Shown one piece after another: positions 1 to 7,786 of a DNA stretch of 64,000 bases. The position numbers were made by a program, and so were the translations under genes. Position 1 is the stretch's first letter. Each line of letters opens with the position of its first letter. Below the pieces are notes generated by a model. The model saw nothing but the letters and a program-made list of their open reading frames with translations. It ran no database searches and had not been told where the DNA came from. Origin of the DNA: Andalucia godoyi And28 (lineage: Eukaryota > Protista > Jakobida); the NCBI GenBank assembly GCA_009859145.1, contig VRVR01000031.1, positions 124,001 to 188,000 on the forward strand. Direction: 5' to 3'.

Positions 1-702
1 ATCACCATACATTGAATAATTCACCGAGGATTGGTGATTCTGATAGTTATGAGGCTGGGGATGTTGCTGTGCTTGCGGTGGCTGCGGCTGCGGATGGTGG
101 TGGTGGTGGTGGTGGTGGTGGCCATGATGCGGGTGATACGATCCAGTTGCATCGTAGGAACCATGCAAACTCCCGCTGCTGTTGTTGAGCAATACAGACG
201 TGGAAGAAGGATGCGAATGAGCAGCAGCAGCCTCGCTTCCGTACTCATTGCTGTTGTGGCCGACATGACCGTCGAATTCCGTCGAGTTTGGAACCACAAT
301 CGGCTCGGGAACATGCAAGACTCTCACTTTTTCAGGCTCCTCCTTCTGCCCATGACCATGGCTGTGATTGTGATTGTGATTGTGATTGTGACTTTGGGAA
401 GCGCCGGCCGTCGAACTGTCCAACGACGCAGAAGCAGAGGAAGCAGAGGAAGCAGAGGAAGCTCGTCGAAGAACAAAGGTGCAGTTTGCATAGAGTCCGA
501 TATCAGCACCGGACTGCTCATTGGTGATGAGACGATCTCCAAGAAGCAGCAATTGATCAGAGACTGGAACGCCAGTCACTTTTTCGAGGTTCCGCTTGAT
601 CTTCTCAACACGAAGTCGGCTCACATCGGATTCTTTCAGTACAATCTTGTACTTCTTCCGATCAAACTCGGAAAACACTGTAAAACTGATTTTTTCACTC
701 AT
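1..702 (-). CDS. Partial gene (runs off window start): N-terminal ubiquitin-like domain followed by His/Gln/Ser-rich low-complexity region
   Basis: My own translation from ATG at 702 is open to position 1: MSEKISFTVFSEFDRKKYKIVLKESDVSRLRVEKIKRNLEKVTGVPVSDQLLLLGDRLITNEQSGADIGLYANCTFVLRR, with the Ubl-like 'IK..L...TGVP..DQ.L...G..L' pattern. It is missing from the ORF track because it has no stop inside the window. Confidence 0.75.
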   Translation of the reverse strand, partial: MSEKISFTVFSEFDRKKYKIVLKESDVSRLRVEKIKRNLEKVTGVPVSDQLLLLGDRLITNEQSGADIGLYANCTFVLRRASSASSASSASASLDSSTAGASQSHNHNHNHNHSHGHGQKEEPEKVRVLHVPEPIVVPNSTEFDGHVGHNSNEYGSEAAAAHSHPSSTSVLLNNSSGSLHGSYDATGSYHPHHGHHHHHHHHHPQPQPPQAQQHPQPHNYQNHQSSVNYSMYGD

Positions 703-1236
703 CGCAATCGTACGCTTTCTACTCTTCCTAGTTTCATTTATTTCCTTCGTGTTCCGCTTCCTCCTTTCCTATTACTCCTTTTGGTGACACTCTCCAAAAT
801 AACATTTAAAAACGAATACAATTTTTCAACAACAACAACAACAACAACAACAAATCAAAACAAAAGAAGACGCAACAAAATATACAAGAACACTAATAAA
901 GCAGCAGACCGTTACTGCACATCCGCATGGATGATGAGGACTTGATGCTTGATGCCAGATACACTTTTCCACAAGAAAGCTGTCGAGGAAGGCGGCCTAT
1001 TGAGCATTGAGTGCTGTTCACTGTCGATGCATTTTTGGATCCGTCCTTTTGGGGTGTTTTCCCATTCATTAATTGCTGCTGTTTCTTATTTTTAAAAGGT
1101 TTGGGTTTTGAGGATTTTTTTTCAGTTTTTCTTTTCTTTTATTTTATTTTTATTGTTTTTTTGCTTTGGGAATTGCGGTGGCTGGCCAGGGTTGTGGAGA
1201 GCTGTTGGTTGCTAGGTTGTTTGTTTGTTTGGACTG

Positions 1237-2115
1237 ATGAGCGGGAGTGATAGTGAGAAGGCGTCTGCGCTTGTGGACAAGGCGGACAAGAAGGTTACTG
1301 GATTCAAGCTTTTTGGGAAGAAGTATGACGAGGCGCTTGAGCTTTATGAAAGGGCGGCGAACCTGTACAAGCTTGACAAGCAGTGGTCTGAGGCAGGCAG
1401 TGTGTTTGAGAAGATGGCGGAGTGCCACATGAAGCTGGAGTCGCCTCTTGAAGCGTGTTCTTCGCTTGTGGATGCAGCAAAGGCGTATCAAAAGACGAGT
1501 GCGACGGATGCAATCAAGTGTCTGGAGCGGGCATCGGAGATGATGATTGATGCTGGACGGTTTAGTCAGGCCGCGAATGTTCACAAGGATCTTGGACAGC
1601 TCTATGAAGATGAAGTCCAGCTCGAGAAGGCTATTGCGTCGTATCAACGCGCCGCGGACTTTTATCTCGGTGAGAATCAGCAGGGCTCTGCAAATCCGTG
1701 TATGCTAAAGGTTGCACATCTTGCGGCACAAAAGGAAGATTATGAGCTGGCTATCAAGATGTTTGAGGAGGTTGCAGAGGCGTCGCTGCGCAACAATTTG
1801 CTCAAGTACTCCGTCAAGGAATACCTGTTCAAGGCCATGATCTGCAGGTTTGCTTCCATCAAGGGCCTTGAGACTTCGCAGGATGAGGCGGTACAGACCA
1901 TTGAAAGATACCAGGACATGGACGTCACTTTCCAGGATACCCGGGAATCCAAGCTGCTGTGGGCAATCGTCGATGCGTTCGACAAGCACGACGTGGACAT
2001 CTTCTCCAACGCAGTTGCAGAGTACGACAGAATCGCAAGACTCGACGAATGGAAAGTTAACTTGCTGCTTATCATCCGCAAGAAGGTTGAAGAAAGCGAG
2101 CCAGAGCTCCTTTAA
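1237..2115 (+). CDS. NAPA: Alpha-SNAP (soluble NSF attachment protein)
   Basis: KYDEALELYERAANLYKLDKQWSEAG, AGRFSQAANVHKDLGQLYE, LLKYSVKEYLFKAMIC and DVTFQDTRESKLL are typical SNAP motifs; first ATG at 1237. Confidence 0.95.
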   Translation: MSGSDSEKASALVDKADKKVTGFKLFGKKYDEALELYERAANLYKLDKQWSEAGSVFEKMAECHMKLESPLEACSSLVDAAKAYQKTSATDAIKCLERASEMMIDAGRFSQAANVHKDLGQLYEDEVQLEKAIASYQRAADFYLGENQQGSANPCMLKVAHLAAQKEDYELAIKMFEEVAEASLRNNLLKYSVKEYLFKAMICRFASIKGLETSQDEAVQTIERYQDMDVTFQDTRESKLLWAIVDAFDKHDVDIFSNAVAEYDRIARLDEWKVNLLLIIRKKVEESEPELL

Positions 2116-2317
2116 GAAAGAAGGATGGTGAGAGACAGGCTGCCTCTGTTTTCCGTGGTGCTGTTGTCGGTTTTCGATTTTTCCTTTTGTTGTTGGTGCT
2201 CGTGTTTTTGCTCGTGTTGTTTTGAAATTCGGGTCATAATAAAAATGGATGAGAAATGATAAGAACAGCGCACAGGGCGCACAGGGCTGCGAGTTGAAGT
2301 TGTACAATACGTGGTAA

Positions 2318-3508
2318 CTAGGCTTTTCCCCACGACGCCATAGATAGCAGGCGTCGGAGGTACGCAGATCGGCATACGGGACATGAATGACAGTGGGTAG
2401 GGTTGTAGAGAGCCGAAGCCGAAGCCGAAGCCGAAGCCGAAGCGGGAGTGGGAGTGGGAGTGGGAAACGACGAGCTTTGGAAGGACTCGAAGGACGAAAG
2501 ACAGGCTTCGTGAAAGACGTGCGAACAAGACGTAAGGACGACTGGCCTGGCATCCAAGCCCATGGCCGTCATGCAGATAGGGCATTCAGCAGCAATGGGT
2601 TGCATTGAGAGGCTGCCACCATGTTCGTTTCCAAGGCATCGCTGCTTGGCAACCTGTTCCGAAAGCCTCCAGTCCATTTCTGAGAATGACGAAATGCGGC
2701 TAGAGCTCACAGACCGGTCGATATCTGCAATGAAATCGTCGACTCGGCGCTGCTGGCGATTCGATCGCGCTTCCATCCGGCTTGATATCCTAGCGAGCTT
2801 CTCGGAAAGAACCTTTCTTTTCAAAAGGGGATCCTTGGCACATCGCAGTCTGAGCGCTTGCTTGCGTGCTTGGTGTCCTCTCCATACCGCCTGGATGAGA
2901 ACCGCGCTTTCCTTGACAAATTCGGCTTTGCCTTGTTCGGTGCGCCGCTTCTGATAGTCCTTCGCTCGGCAAAGCGGACACGACTTTCTCTTTGTCTTTT
3001 TCACAAATCTCTCATAGGATGCAAGGCATGCTGCATGGAACATGTGAGAGCAGCTTAGAATCACCTGATCGGCCAAGCCAAATTTTTGAAAACAAATCGA
3101 GCATTCATTCTTTGCTTCTCCTCGACTCGCTGCAATCGTTTCCACATGCCTCCACTCGTCTGATGTAAGCTTTGCAGCCGGCGCAGAAACGAGCCCCAAA
3201 CGCTGCGCTAGCGTTAGCTTTGGATTATCGCCACTTTCCTCGAATCCCTCTGCAGCTGCAGGTCCACGTTCAGATCCACGCTCAGGCCCCGGTGCGAGTC
3301 CTGATGCGGGCCCCGGTGCGGACGGGCCAGAGGGATGCTTGGAATTCTTGAAAGGGCCATTAACCGGCTTCCTGGATCGAGCGGGGTTGGCAGCAGGATT
3401 GGCGCCAAGCGAAAGCATCTTGGAAAAATGTTGCTGTAAAGCAGCGGCATTCACTGCCGACTTTGTTAGATCAGGAGCCTTCACATCCGGATGTTTCCTA
3501 GGAATCAT
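2318..3508 (-). CDS. RNF32: RING finger protein 32-like (RING-IQ-RING)
   Basis: LTLAQRLGLV..LTSDEW, RING1 CSIC..SCSHMFHAACL..CPLCR, IQ motif LIQAVWRGHQARK, RING2 CPIC..SCSHVFHEACL..CPVCR. Confidence 0.9.
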   Translation of the reverse strand: MIPRKHPDVKAPDLTKSAVNAAALQQHFSKMLSLGANPAANPARSRKPVNGPFKNSKHPSGPSAPGPASGLAPGPERGSERGPAAAEGFEESGDNPKLTLAQRLGLVSAPAAKLTSDEWRHVETIAASRGEAKNECSICFQKFGLADQVILSCSHMFHAACLASYERFVKKTKRKSCPLCRAKDYQKRRTEQGKAEFVKESAVLIQAVWRGHQARKQALRLRCAKDPLLKRKVLSEKLARISSRMEARSNRQQRRVDDFIADIDRSVSSSRISSFSEMDWRLSEQVAKQRCLGNEHGGSLSMQPIAAECPICMTAMGLDARPVVLTSCSHVFHEACLSSFESFQSSSFPTPTPTPASASASASASALYNPTHCHSCPVCRSAYLRRLLSMASWGKA

Positions 3509-3877
3509 GATATTTCACCACCCGTGTTGTCCATGGGAAGAACGGCTGACCGTTTTGTGTATGAGCATCAAACAAACAACACATCATACCGGAAGTTTGT
3601 TTTATTATCTAACTCTATGGAGAACATGTGGCGCTGGATCTGTCTTCGGTGACAGCTCAGCCGATGATGATGGTCAATAAACGATTCTTGTTTGGCGAGC
3701 TCGTGGGGGGTGCTGAGACTTGAGACTTGAATGGTGTAAAAGGTTGAGACAAGGAGATAGGGGAAGCACACGCTTGGGGACCGTAAGAGAAAGCACAGGA
3801 GGAGCGTAAAGACGTCGTTTATCTTCATTATCGTTTTCTTTATCGTATTCATCAGTGTTGTTTGCTTTCCTTTTAAG

Positions 3878-4645
3878 ATGAGTGCGATGCCGCGGTTTGG
3901 TTCTCCAAAGACCACCGAGTCGTTTCGGTCGCGTCGGATTCACGATCGGGCGTTGCAGATGCTGAAGATGCAGCGGTACCATGTTGTACAGCAGCTGCGG
4001 AGCAATGAGCTGTCGGCTCGGATTGCGGCAGAATGCATATTACGGCAAGCTGAGCAGCAGGATGCGCAGGAGTTCGAGGGATCGCCTTCGGGAATGCAGC
4101 TTGAAGAAGCCGGGTACTACGAAGACTTTGACTTGTCGGAGAACATCGTCGAGTTGGAAAACCAGATTCTGCAGGATTTGAAAGAACACGAATTGTTCGG
4201 ACGCATTGTTTCGCAAGTGGACTGCTCATTGGAGGCCGAGGAAGATGAAGTCAATGATTCTGTAGCCAGACTGCTTGCGCTTTCGCAACGTCACGCTCAT
4301 CGTACCAATAGCTATGACAGTGACAATGACAGAGACAGAGAGGATGGTCGACAGTTGGATGTAGACGGAGGTGCTCCACCGGTTGTGTCGTGTCCGCTAT
4401 GCAAGTGGTCCGCACTCTCGAGCTCTGGAAACCTGTTCTTCTGTGCTTGCGGCTTCAGACTAAACACCAAATGCGACTATCCTGCAATGTGGTTTTTCGC
4501 ATCGCAGCTCGAGAATCTCGGCAAGGAACACTCTGCGACAGGATGTGCACAGGAGTGTCAATTTGCAGTCACGCGGATTGGAGACGACCTTGATTTCTTG
4601 GAAGCCCAGTGCCCAGCTTGCGGTCTTCGAAAACTTGTTCTTTAG
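3878..4645 (+). CDS. RPAIN: RPA-interacting protein (RIP) homologue
   Basis: N-terminal basic helix (ESFRSRRIHDRALQML), acidic middle, and C-terminal Cys-rich region CPLC..CACG..EHSATGC..CPACG. Confidence 0.8.
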   Translation: MSAMPRFGSPKTTESFRSRRIHDRALQMLKMQRYHVVQQLRSNELSARIAAECILRQAEQQDAQEFEGSPSGMQLEEAGYYEDFDLSENIVELENQILQDLKEHELFGRIVSQVDCSLEAEEDEVNDSVARLLALSQRHAHRTNSYDSDNDRDREDGRQLDVDGGAPPVVSCPLCKWSALSSSGNLFFCACGFRLNTKCDYPAMWFFASQLENLGKEHSATGCAQECQFAVTRIGDDLDFLEAQCPACGLRKLVL

Positions 4646-4920
4646 GTAAGTCGTTGTCGAACAATGTCTGTCGTAGTCGACCGCTGTCAGATGTCAGTCG
4701 TCTGTCTGAGCAGTTGCGTGACAGGTCACGCTGGGATCACCAATGACACTGCAGTAAGCCTGCACTTTCGCAATGTGCACGAGATCCGCTCGCCGAATCC
4801 GAGTCTGACCGCGGCCCTTCTCGGAACACCATTGATCTGCTGCGTCCCTGCGACCTTGCGTTGTTTCTTGCGCTTTCTTTTTGCAAGGAAAGGAAGGGGA
4901 AGGGGGAAAAAAACGCAAGC

Positions 4921-6882
4921 ATGACGATGTACAGCGTTACGATTGGGCTGTTGGAAGGCCGCAATTTTCCTGCGGCTGATGCAAACGGGTTGTCGGATCC
5001 GGTTTGCGAGGTGTCGATCCGTGGTCGCGATCCGTCGGCAACGAAGAAGTCGCAAGTGGTGAAGAAGACTCTGAATCCAAAGTGGCATGAAGGGTTTCAG
5101 TATGGCGGTGTGGCGGAACTCGATGTCTTGGTTATCAAGGTCTTTGACTGGGAACGCGTTGGCAAGAACGAACTCTTAGGAATCTGCAATGTCTCATTTG
5201 AGCAAATGGTGCGTTCGTACTACTCCGAGTCGAAGTCCGAGTGGTTTCCTCTCTCTGCCCCGGCACTGCATGGAGACGTTCTTCTGTCTTTTGATATTTC
5301 ACCTGTGCCGCCTGCGCCGTTGGCCCGCGAAACCGTGGCGACATCAATGACAGCATCGCTGGACTCTGCAGACCCCGCCGTGGCTTATGTGAAAGCTGCA
5401 GCGCCACTTCAGGTCATCGATTTGCAGAGATACCATATTCCGTTTCAACCTCTGCCGTACATCCCGAACCAAGTGAGTTTGCACGTGACGTTTCAGTCTC
5501 AAACTCCGACAGACAAGGAGCCTGCGATTGGCGTGTGTGGCTCTGCTTTGCGTCTTGTCTGCCACTTGATTGTGAATGGGCCTTTGGCAGTTCGTTTCCG
5601 CAATCTATTGCTGTCGTTTTCGGGAAAGGTCAAGGGCTCCACAACATTTTTGTCAACAAAGGAGTATCTGATGGACGATATGCGAGATGTGATCAAAGGC
5701 CCTGCGTCGTTTGGAATGGGGCATCACGTCATCCCTTTCCAAGTCTGGCTTCCAGAATCACTTCCCTCTTCAGTCTCATTCGAGGACGTTGTCAAGGTCA
5801 AGTACTCAATGAAGCTGTCTGCTGATATTGTCAACATGCCCGACGTTGAGCTCCGGATTCCTGTGCGGATCATCAATCCAGCCGACACGGTTGGTCATTC
5901 GGCTCCGCAGGTGGTGGAACTGTCAAAGTCGCCCATGGGAGCCGGCGGAACTGTATCTGCGAAAATCACCGTTCCTCGATCGAGCTTTGCACCTGGAGAA
6001 GAGTTTGAGGTGCACGTCGAAATGTCGAACCAGACTTCGCGAAAGATCAAGAGGCTGAATTTCCATCTGCGCAGACTAACCAGCCTCACGTCTTTTAGCG
6101 GTGATCGCGACGTTGTACTGTCCTCTACGAAGAAGTTTTATCCTCGTGTTCCTTCGAACAACACGACGAGGCAGACATTTGTCGTAGAAATCCCAAAGTC
6201 TCTCGAGTCACCACACTCACTGTCGCGAGGCAAGCTGAAGCTGTCATATGTCATGAGAATTGTCATTGATATTCCGTTGGCACACGATGCGTACGTGGAC
6301 ATTCCTGTGACATTGCTGATTCCGGACGCAAAGAAGCTGATTGCGCCAGCTCAGGCGACAGCCACAGCAACGGGACCAGCGACGGCAGCTTCGCATGCGC
6401 TTGACACGTCCCCTTTAAAGTGGGATCATCGTCAAGTTTCGGCCTGGATTGCCGAACGCGCAGGCTGCCCAGTCATTGCTGCAGTGCTTTCGGAATCGAT
6501 GCTTAATGGTCGTGATTTCCTTTCTGTGAAGTCCGATTTGTGGCCAGAAGTGGTACCTCTTGCTGCGACCTCCTGTAAGGCTGTCGTTCTGAACGGAGAA
6601 CAGCTGTCCGCTCCGGAAGTCGACAAATTTGCGGCTTCGCATCGTGCACTGGTCCATCGCCATTTGTTTCCCCGTCTCTTTCTCCTGTCGCTTGGCATGG
6701 GGCAGTACGTGGAAGCGATGGAAAAAGAAGAAATTGGACACGACGAGTTGGTCAGTCTTGCCAGTAGAGGACCCGATCATCTGTTTTCCGTCTTGCGCGC
6801 GTTTAACTTGACGATGGGAGCAGCCCTCCGGCTCTGTCATGCAGTTACAGAGTACGTGGCAACGCTACCTTCGAATAACTGA
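4921..6882 (+). CDS. C2 domain + arrestin N/C domains + two SAM-like domains
   Basis: C2: EGRNFPAADANGLSDPVCEV..KKTLNPKWHE..VFDWERVGKNELLG. Arrestin: GHHVIPFQVWLPESLPSS..VKYSMK, FAPGEEFEVHVEMSNQTSRKIK. SAM-like: WDHRQVSAWIAER..LNGRDFL and FLLSLGMGQYVEAMEKEEI. Confidence 0.85.
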   Translation: MTMYSVTIGLLEGRNFPAADANGLSDPVCEVSIRGRDPSATKKSQVVKKTLNPKWHEGFQYGGVAELDVLVIKVFDWERVGKNELLGICNVSFEQMVRSYYSESKSEWFPLSAPALHGDVLLSFDISPVPPAPLARETVATSMTASLDSADPAVAYVKAAAPLQVIDLQRYHIPFQPLPYIPNQVSLHVTFQSQTPTDKEPAIGVCGSALRLVCHLIVNGPLAVRFRNLLLSFSGKVKGSTTFLSTKEYLMDDMRDVIKGPASFGMGHHVIPFQVWLPESLPSSVSFEDVVKVKYSMKLSADIVNMPDVELRIPVRIINPADTVGHSAPQVVELSKSPMGAGGTVSAKITVPRSSFAPGEEFEVHVEMSNQTSRKIKRLNFHLRRLTSLTSFSGDRDVVLSSTKKFYPRVPSNNTTRQTFVVEIPKSLESPHSLSRGKLKLSYVMRIVIDIPLAHDAYVDIPVTLLIPDAKKLIAPAQATATATGPATAASHALDTSPLKWDHRQVSAWIAERAGCPVIAAVLSESMLNGRDFLSVKSDLWPEVVPLAATSCKAVVLNGEQLSAPEVDKFAASHRALVHRHLFPRLFLLSLGMGQYVEAMEKEEIGHDELVSLASRGPDHLFSVLRAFNLTMGAALRLCHAVTEYVATLPSNN

Positions 6883-6925
6883 TTACTTTGGTTTGATGAT
6901 TCCTCTTTCTTCTCCCCTTCTCTGT

Positions 6926-6962
6926 GTTTTGTTTTGTTTTGTTTTGTTTTGTTTTGTTTTGT
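6926..6962. repeat. (GTTTT)n microsatellite
   Basis: Directly visible in the 3' region of the C2-arrestin gene. Confidence 0.9.
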
Positions 6963-7230
6963 TCCCTTCCTTATCCGAATATAGGTAAGTAAACTGTAGG
7001 GACGAAAATGTGCATCGTCGTGCATCAGTGTCTTCAGAATGGCCATCTTTTGCTAAGCGAACAAGACACAGTTTCCAATGCGCAAAACTGACAGCCTCCT
7101 TTCACGGCCACGACCTTTTTTAAAAGCATGACGTGGTTGAGATGCATATATTTATAAAGTAGCCGTGATCAGACCAAGGCACATCAGTCAAACTACCCAT
7201 GCCAATTAAAAAACAAAACCTGTGCACAAT

Positions 7231-7651
7231 TTCGAGTTGACGTTTGGGGATGGATTTGCAGGTCAGATCACGACCGTTACCACTTATTGCGATATGATGA
7301 AGCAATCTAAAGCGCACGCAAACAAAAAAACACTGCCACGCCCATGCGCATGCGTTTGCTATCTTGATAACTCCGTCACACGATGCCCGATTCGTTTCGC
7401 CCTCATTTTGATCATGAATTCGCTATAAACACGCCGCCGCGTTGCATTATGCATGTTGTTGGGTTGCAGCATTGATTATGGGTGATCAGCGATGATTATC
7501 CGTGGTTAGTGTACAACGTGGGCGTCACGGAGTACGCTTCCAAGACATGCGGATTGCGCGGTGGCATGATGCCCCCGATACTGCAACGCAGTCCGGGTTG
7601 CTACTTCGCTGGGTGCATCGCCAGCGATGGCTACGGATGATCCGCGTGCAA
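7231..7651 (+). mobile_element. Decayed, internally deleted Fanzor2/IS607-TnpB element (copy Fz-7k)
   Basis: FELTFGDGFAGQITTVTTYCDMMKQSK (7231-7311) and DDYPWLVYNVGVTEYASKTCGLRG (7491-7562) resemble Fanzor2 'EFG..D..RI..L..YCD.LQSK' and 'EYPW..V..V.E.YTSKTC..CG'. 7524-7651 aligns in DNA to the reverse strand of 26228-26453 with a ~93 bp deletion. A possible degenerate RuvC-I lies at 7159-7200. Confidence 0.75.
7575..7651 (+). ncRNA. Candidate omegaRNA scaffold / right end of Fz-7k
   Basis: 70/77 nt identical to the reverse complement of 26228-26304; hairpins ACTGC-AAC-GCAGT, CATCG-CCAG-CGATG and CGGA-TGA-TCCG; similarity stops exactly after TGCAA. Confidence 0.55.
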
Positions 7652-7786
7652 TGAAAGAATAGTTCTGCCTTGCTCTGTTTTGTTCTGTTTTGTTCTGTTT
7701 TGTTCTGCTCTGCTTTGCTTTTGATCTAATTTAGGGGTTCGTATTCATGTATGTACACCAGTCTAACTCAACCCCCTCAACCCTCT

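Noticed and set aside
31-945. 304-aa + strand ORF
   Set aside because: It translates as repeat-derived text (VVVVVV, IVIVIV, TTTTTT) and is the antisense shadow of the minus-strand gene at 1-702.
1705-2553. Many overlapping 60-280 aa ORFs antisense to or frame-shifted within recognised genes, throughout the window
   Set aside because: These are shadow ORFs of GC-balanced coding DNA with no family motifs.
4643-4651. AG|GTAAGT splice-donor consensus right at the RPAIN stop (also near 6985)
   Set aside because: About two such 8-mers are expected by chance in this window, and the ORFs are complete without splicing.
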